Shown here in pieces: positions 47,339 to 58,436 of a stretch of 64,000 bases of DNA (position 1 is its first letter; every line of letters starts with the position of its first letter). Under the pieces are notes generated by a model that saw only the letters and a program-made list of their open reading frames with translations, was not told where the DNA came from and did not search any database. The position numbers and the translations under genes were made by a program. The stretch covers positions 3,516 through 67,515 of the forward strand of contig JAVCCL010000019.1 of the NCBI GenBank assembly GCA_030765505.1. Direction: 5' to 3'. Origin of the DNA: Candidatus Kaelpia imicola. Lineage in GTDB: Bacteria > Omnitrophota > Gorgyraeia > Kaelpiales > Kaelpiaceae.

Positions 47339-48351
47339 ATATAGAAGATCTCAGAGAGTTATATCAGGAGGCAGAGCTTAATCTTAATGAGGTTATAGAC
47401 TTAAAAACCCTTGAAGAGGTAAATAACACCTATCTGGGCCGCAAGGGTAAGATAGCAGAGATTATCAAAAAGATTCCAGCTTTGCCGGAGAAAGAGAGGC
47501 CGCTTATCGGTAAAGAGGTCAATGTTCTTAAAAATCGTATTAGTAAAATTATCCGGGAAAAAGAGATTAACATTAAAGACAATCAGCCTACAGAGGTTAA
47601 AATAGATGTTACATTACCGGGAAGCAAGTTTGAATCCGGAACTCTTCATCCGATTACTCTTACAATACGAGAGATAGTCAAAATCTTTAAACATATAGGT
47701 TTTAGCTCGATAGACGGCCCGGAGATAGAGACAGACTACTTTAATTTTCAGGCTTTAAATATCCCCCAAGATCATCCGGCCCGGGATAGCTTTGCTACTT
47801 TTTACCTCTCTGACCGTAAATATCTTTTGCGGTCTCAGACCTCGCCTGTTCAGGTTAGAGTGATGCAGAAAGTTAAACCGCCTCTAAGAGTGTTATCTCC
47901 AGGAAAAGTTTTTAGACCCGATAACCTCGATGCCAGCCATTCTTTTATGTTTCATCAGATAGAGGGGCTGGTTGTAGATAGAGAGACTAACTTCTCACAT
48001 CTTAAAGCCTCTTTGGGGTATTTTATAAAAGAGTTTTTTGGCCCTGAGACTAAGATGAGGTTTAGGCCCCATTACTTTCCTTTTACCGAACCTTCCGCAG
48101 AGGTTGATATCTCCTGTATTATCTGCGGCGGGGAAGGTTGCTCTGTATGCGGGCGGAAAGGTTGGCTGGAGATACTTGGAGCCGGAATGGTCCACCCCAA
48201 CGTGTTCAAAGAGGTCGGTATTAACTCAGAAATTTTTCAGGGTTATGCATTTGGTATGGGTATAGAACGGATAGCGATGTTAAAGTATGGTATAAATGAT
48301 ATAAGGATATTTTTTAACAATGACATCAGGTTTCTGGAGCAGTTTTCATGA
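47335..48351 (+). CDS. pheS: Phenylalanine--tRNA ligase alpha subunit
   Basis: HPARDS, LLRSQTSPVQ, FHQIEG, RPHYFPFTEPS, GWLEILGAG. Confidence 0.98.
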   Translation: MNIEDLRELYQEAELNLNEVIDLKTLEEVNNTYLGRKGKIAEIIKKIPALPEKERPLIGKEVNVLKNRISKIIREKEINIKDNQPTEVKIDVTLPGSKFESGTLHPITLTIREIVKIFKHIGFSSIDGPEIETDYFNFQALNIPQDHPARDSFATFYLSDRKYLLRSQTSPVQVRVMQKVKPPLRVLSPGKVFRPDNLDASHSFMFHQIEGLVVDRETNFSHLKASLGYFIKEFFGPETKMRFRPHYFPFTEPSAEVDISCIICGGEGCSVCGRKGWLEILGAGMVHPNVFKEVGINSEIFQGYAFGMGIERIAMLKYGINDIRIFFNNDIRFLEQFS

Positions 48352-50447
48352 AAGCCCTTCTTTCCTGGTTAAAGGATTTTGTCGATATAGATATATCTCC
48401 CCAGGAGCTTTCTGCCTCTCTTACCATGATAGGATTAGAGGTTACATCGGTAGAGAGAATAGAAGAGAATGACTACCTTCTTGATATAGAGGTGACTCCC
48501 AATAGGCCAGACTGTCTCTCTATCTTAGGTCTGGCACGTGAAGTTGGACTGGCTTTAGATAAAAAAATAGAACATCCTAGAATTGTATTCTTGCCCAGAA
48601 TATCGATTGCCTGTATAAAGGAGACAGGATTCGATATTACCATTGAAGACGGGGATGCCTGTCCTCGATATATCGGCAGAGTTCTCTTGGATGTTCGGGT
48701 TAGGCCGGCACCTGATTTTATTAAAGATAGACTGCAGAAAATGGGAGTGCGCTCTATCAACAATGTTGTAGATATAACCAACTATCTTTTGCTTGAATTA
48801 GGCCAGCCTATGCATGCTTTTGATTATGATAAAATTAAAGATCGTAAAATTATAATAAGAAGAGCCAGGAAGAACGAAAAGATCATAACTATAGATAAAG
48901 TAGAGAGAGAGTTAAGCCCAGAAGACCTTGTTATAGCTGATTCTAAACGGCCCGTTGCTCTTGCTGGAGTTATAGGAGGGCTGGAAACGGAAGTAACAGA
49001 GAAAACAAAAAATGTTCTTTTGGAGAGTGCGTATTTCAATCCGCTATTGATAAGAAGAACAGCTCAAAGGCATGGTCTGACGACAGACTCTTCTTACAGG
49101 TTCGAGAGAGGTGTAGATTTTGTTATGGTTGACTCTGCTTCTAAATGCGCTGTTGATTTAGTCTGTAAGCATGCATCAGATAGTCTGACCAAGTTGACTG
49201 TAGCAATAGATAAAACCAAGGACCTTATAAAGAAACAACTGCCTCTTTCGTCAAAAGTTGTACTGAAGTTTGAAGATATCGAGAAAAAAATCGGGACTCT
49301 TCCTTCTAGTTTCTGGATTCGTAAAAAAATTAAGAGTTTAGGTTGTGAACTATTGTCTATTTCAAAAGATATGATAAAGATAGGAGCTCCTATCTATAGA
49401 AGCGATTTAAACAGCAGTATAGACTACGTTGAAGAGATAGCGCGTATATACGGTTATAACAATATACCAGCCCAGGAACTTCCGGCTCTCAAAGTCTCTT
49501 CGGAGGAGGAGTTAAAAGAGTTCACCGGCGGCGGTTTTGAAAATAGAGTTAAAGACTACCTGGTGCGTGAGGGGCTGCATGAGACGATAAGCTATGCTCT
49601 CTTGTCTGAAGATGAAGCAGATAAGCTAGATTTTCCAAATATGATTTTTTTGGATAACCCCATAGTAAAGAGTTATTCCGTTCTAAGGCCTTCTATCATG
49701 CCTTCGCTTTTAAAGATAGCAGAGCATAATTTTAATCGTACGAATTATAATCTTGCCCTCTTTGAATTAGGTAAGGCCTATTCTTATTTTCAGCAGGAGC
49801 CTAAAGGGCCCAAGGAACCCAGAGAGGACAAGGCGGCAGCGATACTGCTTAGCGGTATTAAGTATCGAGATTGTTCTGGGCGGGAGTTAAAGTATACTTT
49901 TTTCGATCTTAAAACTATTATTGAAAGAATTTTGAATAATTTTGGTATCAGAGATTATGATATTATAATAGACCAAAACCGTCTTTATAACAACAGTTGC
50001 TCTGCAAAGATAATGCTTGGCAATTATAAAATTGCATCTCTCGGCAAAGCTTCTAAAGAGGCGAAAGATTATTATGGTTTAAAAAGGGAAGTCTATTTAG
50101 GTGAGATCATGCTGGATTTAGTAGAACACTCTAAAAGAGACGGCTCTATATATAGGGAGATATCTCAATACCCTGCTATTGAAAGAGATATATCTCTGGT
50201 ATTACCTAAGTCTGTAGCGGCTGCTGAAGTTCTGTCTAAAATTAAAGACAGAGACAGCTTGATACAAAACGTAGAAATAATAGATATATACGAAGGCAAG
50301 CAGATAGAACCGGGTAAAAAGAGTCTTGCAGTAAGAATCCAATTCCAATCTTTGGAAAGAACGCTGAAAGACGAAGAGGTTGATAGGATAGAGGCAGGTA
50401 TTAAAGGTGTTCTCTCTGAAGAGCTATCTTACCAGATACGTGAGTAA
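48348..50447 (+). CDS. pheT: Phenylalanine--tRNA ligase beta subunit (short form lacking B2 OB-fold)
   Basis: TPNRPDCLS, INNVVDITNY, GQPMHAFD, RFERGVD, EEIARIYGY, C-terminal FDX-ACB. Confidence 0.96.
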   Translation: MKALLSWLKDFVDIDISPQELSASLTMIGLEVTSVERIEENDYLLDIEVTPNRPDCLSILGLAREVGLALDKKIEHPRIVFLPRISIACIKETGFDITIEDGDACPRYIGRVLLDVRVRPAPDFIKDRLQKMGVRSINNVVDITNYLLLELGQPMHAFDYDKIKDRKIIIRRARKNEKIITIDKVERELSPEDLVIADSKRPVALAGVIGGLETEVTEKTKNVLLESAYFNPLLIRRTAQRHGLTTDSSYRFERGVDFVMVDSASKCAVDLVCKHASDSLTKLTVAIDKTKDLIKKQLPLSSKVVLKFEDIEKKIGTLPSSFWIRKKIKSLGCELLSISKDMIKIGAPIYRSDLNSSIDYVEEIARIYGYNNIPAQELPALKVSSEEELKEFTGGGFENRVKDYLVREGLHETISYALLSEDEADKLDFPNMIFLDNPIVKSYSVLRPSIMPSLLKIAEHNFNRTNYNLALFELGKAYSYFQQEPKGPKEPREDKAAAILLSGIKYRDCSGRELKYTFFDLKTIIERILNNFGIRDYDIIIDQNRLYNNSCSAKIMLGNYKIASLGKASKEAKDYYGLKREVYLGEIMLDLVEHSKRDGSIYREISQYPAIERDISLVLPKSVAAAEVLSKIKDRDSLIQNVEIIDIYEGKQIEPGKKSLAVRIQFQSLERTLKDEEVDRIEAGIKGVLSEELSYQIRE

Positions 50448-50475
50448 TTCCAAAAGTTTACTATGAAGCTGTATT

Positions 50476-51783
50476 ATGGCTACCCTGTTTAAGAAAGAGA
50501 TAGAGAGCAGGTTAACCCTGGCTTCTCGAATGAGGCCAAGGAATCTCTCTGAATTTGTCGGCCAGGAGCATATTTTATCAGAAGGAAAGATCTTAAAGAG
50601 AGCTATTGATGCTGACAAGATAAGCTCTCTTATTCTTTATGGTCCGCCGGGAATAGGCAAGACTGCTCTGGCTTTGATAATTCAAAATAGAACAGATTCT
50701 TATTTTAAACGTCTCAATGCCGTTACCTCTAATGTTAAAGAGTTACGGCAGGTAATAAAGGAAGCCGATTTTAAGTATAATCAAAATAATAAAAAGACTC
50801 TGCTCTTTATTGACGAGATCCATCGTTTCAACAGATCTCAGCAGGATGTTCTTTTACCGGACATAGAAGCCGGTAATCCTATTCTTATCGGAGCAACAAC
50901 TCATAATCCTTTCTTTGCTCTTACAGCTCCTCTTATATCCCGCTCATTGGTCTGTGAGTTTAAGACTCTATCCGTAGCTGAGATTGTGAAGATATTAGAG
51001 GCTGCTCTCTCTGATAAAGAGAGAGGCCTGGGCAGTTTAAAGTTAAAAGTAGCTGAGGAAGTGCTAACTTTCTTTGCTCAAGTTGTAGACGGAGATGGAC
51101 GCCGTGCGCTCAATGCCCTTGAAATTGCTGCTTTAACTACAGAAGAGAATAAAGAAGGCTGGATAAACATAGACCTTAAAATTGCTCAGGATTCAATTCA
51201 AAAAAAGGCTTTGCTCTATGATTCTGGAGAGGATAACCATTATGATACAATCTCTGCTTTTATAAAATCTATTCGCGGCAGCTCTCCGGATGCTGCTGTA
51301 TACTGGTTGGCAAAGATGATATATGCCGGAGAAGATCCCCGTTTTATTGCCCGGAGACTTTTAGTAGCCGCTTCTGAAGATATAGGCAATGCTGATCCCC
51401 AGGCTCTATCTGTTGCCCAGGCTGCAGCTTATGCTGTTGAGTATCTCGGTATGCCTGAAGCTAGAATATCTTTAGCTCAGGCTACAACCTATCTTGCATC
51501 CGCCCCCAAATCAAACGCATCTTATATTGCAATAGAGAAGGCTCTTGAAGATATTGAAGGAGGCAGAGTACTGGAAGTCCCGAACCACTTAAAGGATAGC
51601 CATTATAAGGGTGCGGAAAGACTGGGCCATGGCAAAGATTATAAGTATTCTCATTCCTATAAAGATAGCCGGGTTGAGCAAAACTATCTTCCCGGGGATA
51701 TTAGCTATTATCTTCCTAAAGATATTGGTTACGAGAGAAAGATTAAAGAATTTTTAGACCATTTGCAAAGCTTAAAAGGATAG
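50476..51783 (+). CDS. rarA: Replication-associated recombination protein A (RarA/MgsA)
   Basis: LASRMRP, GPPGIGKT, FIDEIHRFN, HYDTISAFIKSIRGS, ASEDIGNADP. Confidence 0.96.
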   Translation: MATLFKKEIESRLTLASRMRPRNLSEFVGQEHILSEGKILKRAIDADKISSLILYGPPGIGKTALALIIQNRTDSYFKRLNAVTSNVKELRQVIKEADFKYNQNNKKTLLFIDEIHRFNRSQQDVLLPDIEAGNPILIGATTHNPFFALTAPLISRSLVCEFKTLSVAEIVKILEAALSDKERGLGSLKLKVAEEVLTFFAQVVDGDGRRALNALEIAALTTEENKEGWINIDLKIAQDSIQKKALLYDSGEDNHYDTISAFIKSIRGSSPDAAVYWLAKMIYAGEDPRFIARRLLVAASEDIGNADPQALSVAQAAAYAVEYLGMPEARISLAQATTYLASAPKSNASYIAIEKALEDIEGGRVLEVPNHLKDSHYKGAERLGHGKDYKYSHSYKDSRVEQNYLPGDISYYLPKDIGYERKIKEFLDHLQSLKG

Positions 51784-51790
51784 TCGGCAA

Positions 51791-52411
51791 TTATTTGATA
51801 GTTACTGCAGAGAGTATCAGCTCTTTATCGCTCAATATCTTTTCTATGAATTTTTCGACCACTTCCCGCAAGGCTTCTGCAGTCTCACTTCCTGAGCTCC
51901 GGGCTTCGTGAGAAGAATATTTGCGCTCCATCTTAGCACTCTCTTTATAGCGGCATATTTCAGTGTTGTCTTTTGCATTAAGGATAATGAATGTAATTGC
52001 CGCTTCACCCTTCCCGGCTCCGGACTTAATGCCTATATCATGTATATACTTTACATAGGGCAGTTTTGCGGTTGGTGCAACCGATGATTTCCAGTAAAAA
52101 GAGTTTATCTCTCCTCTGATTACTATATCCACGTTATCTAGCTGATAAGTTATTCTAATAGAATCAAAGAGCTCTGCATCTCTTAAGTCTTTTGTAATCA
52201 GCACAGTAAGCTCTTTGTTAAGATTAGAGAGTCTCTCTATATGCTCTCTCTCTTCTTCAGTCCTTAAGTCTTGGAACAAATCCATTCCAGCTTTAAGAGC
52301 AATATTGCCTTTGGGGAATATAGGATGGTGAGTATACATTGTGACGATCTGCGGTTTTGATGCGCAACCGAGAGAGAGAGTTAATAGAATTAAAAAAAGG
52401 TATTTCTTCAT
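51791..52411 (-). CDS. Hypothetical lipoprotein
   Basis: Lipobox SLGC; TTTACC-17-TAAAAT promoter 6 nt upstream of the ATG. Confidence 0.75.
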   Translation of the reverse strand: MKKYLFLILLTLSLGCASKPQIVTMYTHHPIFPKGNIALKAGMDLFQDLRTEEEREHIERLSNLNKELTVLITKDLRDAELFDSIRITYQLDNVDIVIRGEINSFYWKSSVAPTAKLPYVKYIHDIGIKSGAGKGEAAITFIILNAKDNTEICRYKESAKMERKYSSHEARSSGSETAEALREVVEKFIEKILSDKELILSAVTIK

Positions 52412-52534
52412 AGAAGCATTTTAGCTTATAGCAATAGATAGGTAAATATATTTTTAGGAAAAAAGCTACCTTTTGTTATAATTACAATTCATTTTATTTT
52501 TATATTCAGCCCATAAATGTTACAATATTTTATT

Positions 52535-53092
52535 ATGACCAAAAGAGAAATATCTTTAGATTATGCACATAGACTTTTAAACCATGGTTGCGTTATTCTT
52601 GTGACATCTCATTTTAGAGGCATTAATAATATCGTTACTCTATCTTGGCAGATGCCTCTATCGTCTAAACCGAGACTCTTTGCTCTCTCTGTCTCTAGAA
52701 AGCATTTTTCAAATAAGTTAATAAAAAGAAGTAAAGAATTAACCATTAACGTACCTGGAAGAAATCTGATTAAGGAGGTTCATTTCTGCGGTTCTTATAC
52801 AGGTAAAAGAGTTAATAAGTTTGATAAAACAGGGCTTACTCCAACAGCCGCAGATTTTATTGCAGCACCTCTTATTGAGGAGTGTTTTGCCAATATCGAG
52901 TGTAAGGTATGCAATATGTATAATGTAGGTGACCATACTCTCTTTATAGCAGAGGCTTTGCGAGCTTCGGCCGACCCTAAATGGTTTGATGGAAGATTCC
53001 TGAAACTGGATGATAAAGGTATGGAAACATTGCATCACCTGGGAGAAGATCGCTATATGATATCCGGGACTGTTATAAGGGCAAGGCGGTAG
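52535..53092 (+). CDS. Flavin reductase family protein
   Basis: NIVTLSW, TINVP, FCGSYTG..VNKF..GLT, APLIEEC..NIECKV, GDHTLF; start re-called at MTKRE. Confidence 0.9.
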   Translation: MTKREISLDYAHRLLNHGCVILVTSHFRGINNIVTLSWQMPLSSKPRLFALSVSRKHFSNKLIKRSKELTINVPGRNLIKEVHFCGSYTGKRVNKFDKTGLTPTAADFIAAPLIEECFANIECKVCNMYNVGDHTLFIAEALRASADPKWFDGRFLKLDDKGMETLHHLGEDRYMISGTVIRARR

Positions 53093-53093
53093 A

Positions 53094-53711
53094 GTGATTA
53101 ACAGAAGGGATGATATCAAAGCTGTTATTTTTGATCTCGGCAATGTAATTGTCTATTTTGACCATATGATAGCAGCTAAGAAAATATCTGAATTTTGTTC
53201 TAAGAGCCCGGAAAGTATATACAGTATGTTTTTCTCCTCTGCTTTAGCTGAGAGTTTTGACAGCGGAATTATAGGAGAGGGGGATTTTTTTGAAGAGGTA
53301 AAAAAGGTGCTGGGAATTGACGACAGATTGAATCAGGAGGATTTCTACGAAATTTGGAATGATATCTTTTGGATAAACGAATCTATTATCGAAATCATCA
53401 AAGAGACCAAGAGGCTTTATGGAGAGTTTTCGATAATATCCAACATCAATAAACCCCATTTTGAATATATTTGGCAAAAATTTGGACTGGTAAGAGAAGC
53501 CAGCAAGGTGGTTTTATCATATGAAGAAGGGGTCTTGAAACCCAATAAACGGATATATAAATGTGCCCTTGATCTAATAGGACATCTTGCACCCGATGTT
53601 TTCTATACAGATGACAGGATAGAGTTAGTAACTGCTGCTGAAGAGATGGGTTTTAAAGCGGTACAGTTCAATGATGCGGTAAGTTTGAAGCAGCATCTTT
53701 TTAAGTCCTGA
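53094..53711 (+). CDS. HAD family phosphatase
   Basis: FDLGNV, ISN, KPNKRIY, YTDD. Confidence 0.9.
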   Translation: MINRRDDIKAVIFDLGNVIVYFDHMIAAKKISEFCSKSPESIYSMFFSSALAESFDSGIIGEGDFFEEVKKVLGIDDRLNQEDFYEIWNDIFWINESIIEIIKETKRLYGEFSIISNINKPHFEYIWQKFGLVREASKVVLSYEEGVLKPNKRIYKCALDLIGHLAPDVFYTDDRIELVTAAEEMGFKAVQFNDAVSLKQHLFKS

Positions 53712-53810
53712 TTTTAATCAAACATCATTAAATCAGAGGTTCTGTTTTCAGTATGATGGATTTTAACTTCAACTGGTTTTAAATAATCGTTTAAGGTATA
53801 CTGTTTCTCT

Positions 53811-54032
53811 GTGAAGATAAATGTTAAAATCACCCCTAATGCCAAGAAATTTGGCATAATAGAAGAGCAGGGTGTTATAAAAGTTAAAGTTAATACTCCA
53901 GCCAAAGAGGGCAGGGCTAACAAGAGTTTGGTCAAGATGCTTGCAGATTATTTTTCGGTGCCGAAGTCTAGAGTCAAAATATTAAAAGGCGAAAATTCGC
54001 GGAATAAAGTTATTAATATAATAAAGGAATAA
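53811..54032 (+). CDS. DUF167 / YggU family protein
   Basis: KITPNAK..VKVNTPAKEGRANKSL..LADYF.VPKS.V.I.KGENSRNK. Confidence 0.9.
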   Translation: MKINVKITPNAKKFGIIEEQGVIKVKVNTPAKEGRANKSLVKMLADYFSVPKSRVKILKGENSRNKVINIIKE

Positions 54033-54033
54033 T

Positions 54034-54804
54034 ATGATTGCTTTGCTGACCGATTTCGGGTTTAAAGATGAGTATGCTGGAGTTATAAAAGGGGTGATAT
54101 GTTCAATCAACCCCAGGGTAAAAATAATAGATCTCTGCCACGAGATTCCGGCTCAGGATATTCTCTGGGCAGCTCTGCTTATTTATAAGTCCTGTTCTTT
54201 CTTTCCTGCAAAAACAATCTTTCTCTGTATAGTTGATCCAGCAGTAGGCTCTAAGAGAGATATTGTTATTGTAAAAAAAGATAGCCGTTATTTTATTGCT
54301 CCCGACAACGGCCTCTTAAGTTTTATTGTTGGGGAGACAAGGGGTCTAGAGATTATTAAGGTTAATCCTGATGAGATTCAGCTTCAGCCCTTGAGTTCGA
54401 CTTTTCACGGCCGTGACATCTTTGCGCCTTTGGCAGCTCATTTGAGTATAGATAATAATATTTCAAGATTTGGTGCGGCTGTAGAGAGCATAAAACTAAT
54501 AGAGTTTCCTCAGCCAGAGATTACAGACGGTAAGATAATAGCCATGGTAATACAGATTGATAGGTTCGGTAATTTAACAACCAATTTAGAGAGAGATGTT
54601 TTTGAAAAGTTAGGCTGGAAAAATTTAGAGATTCAATTAAGAGATAGTATAATCAGAGAGATATCCAATTGTTATGAGAAGAAGAGAGACTCTATTGCAA
54701 TATGGGGTTCCAGAGGTTTATTAGAGATAGCGGTACCTGATAATAGTGCTGCAGATATTCTGGGTTTAAATAGAGGCAGCATTGTTATTATAAAACGAAA
54801 ATAA
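54034..54804 (+). CDS. SAM hydroxide adenosyltransferase (DUF62, chlorinase/fluorinase family)
   Basis: LLTDFG, DLCHEI, IVDPAVGS, APDNGLL, TFHGRDIF, IDRFGN. Confidence 0.93.
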   Translation: MIALLTDFGFKDEYAGVIKGVICSINPRVKIIDLCHEIPAQDILWAALLIYKSCSFFPAKTIFLCIVDPAVGSKRDIVIVKKDSRYFIAPDNGLLSFIVGETRGLEIIKVNPDEIQLQPLSSTFHGRDIFAPLAAHLSIDNNISRFGAAVESIKLIEFPQPEITDGKIIAMVIQIDRFGNLTTNLERDVFEKLGWKNLEIQLRDSIIREISNCYEKKRDSIAIWGSRGLLEIAVPDNSAADILGLNRGSIVIIKRK

Positions 54805-54805
54805 G

Positions 54806-56221
54806 ATGAAAAGATTAACGGCAGTTGTTTTCTTTTTAATTTTAACAAGCAGCGTCTTATATGCAGAGAGCCTATATTCTGCATCCTGGGCCTTAAAAAG
54901 CCTATTAGAGCACTATTGCCAGAATGTAAGTCTCTATGCTCTTGAAAATCAGCTTCAGAGAGAGAGTCATACCCTCTCTCTAGAGGAGAGCATTATAAAG
55001 GTTGCCAGGAAGAACGGTGTATACTTAGGTAGATTTTATTTAAAATATGCAGAGAGAGATTTTTCTAAAGTAGCTGAGCCCTTTATTGCACCCCTAAAAG
55101 GCGGTTACTATTTTATATATCCTGAAATTGACAGAGTAAGGCTTATCTCTGCAAAAAGTACGGAGACATTATCAAAAGAGAACTTTTTAAAAATCTGGGA
55201 TGGTGAGATATTCAGTATTCCGCTGCCGGGAGTGATGCTGCAGCGAAATAGGCCTAAAGATTTGAAACAGAAAATAGTCTTTGTCTACTCTTATCATAAA
55301 GAGGAGTTCTATCTTTTTAGGCAGCTTTTTGATGATTTATATCAAGAAGCGTTGAGATATTCTTCACCTCTTTTATATATTGATGAGCTGGGTTTAATTC
55401 CCAAAGAGTCTATAGAAAAGGTGATTGCAGATAGAGGATTGACAGAGAAAGAGGCTTTCAATGAAACCAGAGAGGCTCTTTTGAATGAGCTTAAATTGAT
55501 AGAGAACGGCAGAAGTATCTATGATTCTACAGAGTTTTATCATGAAATATATAATTACTTTGCCAAATTAAGTTTAAGAATAGAGATAGAGGAATTGCAG
55601 TATGAGAATTGGAAGGCCATAGTTGCTTTTGATGATTTGAACTTAAATCAGCTTGCAGTTACTCTCTTCTGTAGAGGAAATATAGAGAGATATCTGGATA
55701 TTATAGAGCAGTACAATGAAGGTTTCTGGCAATATAATGTAATAATCAGAGATAGATTTTTTTTGAATCAGATAGAGAGAATTGCAGAGGAGAACCCTCA
55801 AAGTACGATATTTACTCTTAGAGGTTTAGGCCACTTTGGTATTGATGAGAAAATAGATTTAACAGATTTTGCAGTAGAGGTAGCTATTATAGGAGAGGGC
55901 GAATTTTATAGATTATTAGTTCCGGATCAGTTGATTCAGATTTTAAAAAGAAATGAAGTTACGTTGAGTCCAAAGATTGAAGAGCAATATTACCTCAGAG
56001 CTTTTCTTACTGAGTGTCTTAGAAATTATTATCAGAATAAGTTAAATTTTAAAATATCAACGGCTACTCTTAAGGCCAATAGAGGTCTATCTTTACTCTC
56101 AGATATTGCTATATACAGGTTGGCCCGCGATATAGAACATGCCATAGCAGAGGGCAGGCTAAGGACTACAGAATCTGTTTATGATTATGTTTACGCTTGG
56201 GTGGAGAAAAGAGATCGTTGA
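54806..56221 (+). CDS. Secreted protein: degenerate peptidase C39-like domain plus putative TraB/ChaN/EreA-like domain
   Basis: Signal peptide; ALKSLLEHY..PFIA..LSKENFLKIWDG (C39-like); YSYH..DELG..RD..RGLGH pattern. Confidence 0.55.
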   Translation: MKRLTAVVFFLILTSSVLYAESLYSASWALKSLLEHYCQNVSLYALENQLQRESHTLSLEESIIKVARKNGVYLGRFYLKYAERDFSKVAEPFIAPLKGGYYFIYPEIDRVRLISAKSTETLSKENFLKIWDGEIFSIPLPGVMLQRNRPKDLKQKIVFVYSYHKEEFYLFRQLFDDLYQEALRYSSPLLYIDELGLIPKESIEKVIADRGLTEKEAFNETREALLNELKLIENGRSIYDSTEFYHEIYNYFAKLSLRIEIEELQYENWKAIVAFDDLNLNQLAVTLFCRGNIERYLDIIEQYNEGFWQYNVIIRDRFFLNQIERIAEENPQSTIFTLRGLGHFGIDEKIDLTDFAVEVAIIGEGEFYRLLVPDQLIQILKRNEVTLSPKIEEQYYLRAFLTECLRNYYQNKLNFKISTATLKANRGLSLLSDIAIYRLARDIEHAIAEGRLRTTESVYDYVYAWVEKRDR

Positions 56222-56282
56222 ACCTTGATCTTCTCTTTAGATTTGGAGATAAAGAGAGCCAATAAAAAATTTTAGCTCCCCT

Positions 56283-58436
56283 ATGAACAAAAATAAATCT
56301 TTTGATAAAATTCTTATTTTTGGGGCCAAGATGCATAACCTCAAAAATATAGACCTCTCTCTACCGCGGAACTCTTTTATTGTCTTTACGGGTTTGAGCG
56401 GGTCCGGGAAATCTTCTCTTGCTTTTGATACTATCTATGCAGAGGGCCAGAGAAAGTTTGTTGAGAGTTTAACCGCTTATGCCAGGCAGTTCTTAGAGCA
56501 GCTTAGTAAGCCGGACGTTGATAGGATAGAAGGTCTCTCTCCCACGATATCTATTGAACAGAAAACTGCCAGAGGTAATCCGCGCTCTACTGTCGGAACC
56601 CAGACGGAGATCTCTGATTATCTTCGGCTTCTCTTTGCCCGAGTCGGCGATGTGCATTGTTATAAATGCGGACAGTTAATCCAGCAGCAGAGCGCTCAGG
56701 AGATAATAGAGAAGGTACTCTCTTTAAAAGCTGGTGGAATGTTAAAACTTTTTGCCCCGCTCCTTAGAGGTAGAAAAGGAGAACATGCCTCGCTCTTTAG
56801 AAAGCTAAAGAAGGAAGGGTTCATTAAGGTTAAAGTCGATAATGTTCTTTATGATTTAGAGAACCTACCTCGGTTAGAGAAGAATAAAAAACATACTATA
56901 GAACTATTAATAGATAGGTTTACTCTTAGCGCAGATAGCAGAGAGAGATTGATAGACTCTGTTGAATTGACTTTAGAGTATGGAGGGGGGCTATGTTCGG
57001 TAGAATATAGACTGGGAAGGGAAAAAAAGAGAGAGCTCTTCAGCCGACATTTTGTCTGTACCAAATGTAATATAAGCTATGAAGAAGTGGAGCCCAGGAA
57101 CTTCTCTTTCAACAGCCCTTATGGAGCTTGCAGCACCTGCTTGGGGTTAGGTACTAAATTAGAGGTTGATCTTGATCTGGTAGTGCCGGATAAGAATAAG
57201 AGCATACTAGAGGGAGCTATTGAACCCTGGAAAAAAGGCGGCCGGGGCTACATGTTGTATTACAGAAGATTGCTGCGTGCTTTGGCGGAATGTTATGAAT
57301 TTAGCCTGAATACACCTTTTAAAAGATTATCCAAGAGAATCCAAGATATTATTCTTTATGGCAGTGAAGAGTACATTTATAACAGAAAATATGAGGGAGT
57401 TATACCCCATGTAGAGAGACTGTTTAATACAACAGAGAGTCCTTATTTAAAAGAAGAGCTCTCTAAATATTTAAGCAGCTTGCCTTGCCCGGTTTGTGAA
57501 GGCAGAAGGTTAAAAAAAGAGAGCCTGGCTGTAAAGATAGGCAACCTCTCTATATCTGATCTCTCAGACCGTTCTGTTAAAGATGCTATAGATTTTTTTT
57601 CACAGATAAAATTTGGCTCTATGAAGACTGAGATATCTCAAGGCATAATTAGAGAGATTCTGAGAAGACTCCGCTATTTAAGTGATGTTGGATTGGACTA
57701 TCTCACGCTTAATAGAAGGAGCAATACACTCTCAGGGGGTGAATCTCAGAGAATAAGGCTGGCTACTCAGATAGGTTCAGGTTTAGTAGGGGTCAGCTAT
57801 ATCCTTGATGAACCTACAATAGGGCTCCACCCTTGTGATACCGGCAGACTTTTGAAGATATTGCGTAAGCTTAGAGATATAGGCAATACTGTGATTGTTG
57901 TAGAGCATGATGAGCAGATAATTAAGAGTTCTGATTACATTGTTGATCTTGGTCCGGGTGCCGGCAAGAATGGCGGTGAGGTTGTTTATCAGGGGAATTT
58001 AAGAGGGCTTCTTGAGTCTAGAAAATCTTTAACCGCTAAATATCTAAGCGGTAATTTACAGATTGAGATTCCTCAAAAAAGAAGAGATTATAAAGATAAA
58101 CCTTTTATCAAAATCATGGCCGCAGAAGAGCACAACCTTAAGAGTATAGATATTAAGATATTTCTGGGTCTTTTTGTCTGCGTTAGCGGAGTCTCTGGTT
58201 CCGGAAAGAGCACGCTTGTCAATGAGATACTCTACAGAGTTTTGAGCCGCAAGCTCTACCGGAGCAGATTGAAGCCGGGTAAACATAGAGCAATAGAGGG
58301 TCTGGATAATGTTGATAAAGTTATCGTTGTCGATCAGCTGCCCATAGGACGTACACCCCGCTCTAATCCAGCAACCTATACAGGACTCTTTGCTCCGATA
58401 AGAGAGTTCTTGCTCTCTTACCGGAATCAAAGATGA
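56283..58436 (+). CDS. uvrA: Excinuclease ABC subunit A, N-terminal part (frameshifted)
   Basis: [52 protein letters not shown]; frame breaks near 58410. Confidence 0.92.
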   Translation: MNKNKSFDKILIFGAKMHNLKNIDLSLPRNSFIVFTGLSGSGKSSLAFDTIYAEGQRKFVESLTAYARQFLEQLSKPDVDRIEGLSPTISIEQKTARGNPRSTVGTQTEISDYLRLLFARVGDVHCYKCGQLIQQQSAQEIIEKVLSLKAGGMLKLFAPLLRGRKGEHASLFRKLKKEGFIKVKVDNVLYDLENLPRLEKNKKHTIELLIDRFTLSADSRERLIDSVELTLEYGGGLCSVEYRLGREKKRELFSRHFVCTKCNISYEEVEPRNFSFNSPYGACSTCLGLGTKLEVDLDLVVPDKNKSILEGAIEPWKKGGRGYMLYYRRLLRALAECYEFSLNTPFKRLSKRIQDIILYGSEEYIYNRKYEGVIPHVERLFNTTESPYLKEELSKYLSSLPCPVCEGRRLKKESLAVKIGNLSISDLSDRSVKDAIDFFSQIKFGSMKTEISQGIIREILRRLRYLSDVGLDYLTLNRRSNTLSGGESQRIRLATQIGSGLVGVSYILDEPTIGLHPCDTGRLLKILRKLRDIGNTVIVVEHDEQIIKSSDYIVDLGPGAGKNGGEVVYQGNLRGLLESRKSLTAKYLSGNLQIEIPQKRRDYKDKPFIKIMAAEEHNLKSIDIKIFLGLFVCVSGVSGSGKSTLVNEILYRVLSRKLYRSRLKPGKHRAIEGLDNVDKVIVVDQLPIGRTPRSNPATYTGLFAPIREFLLSYRNQR

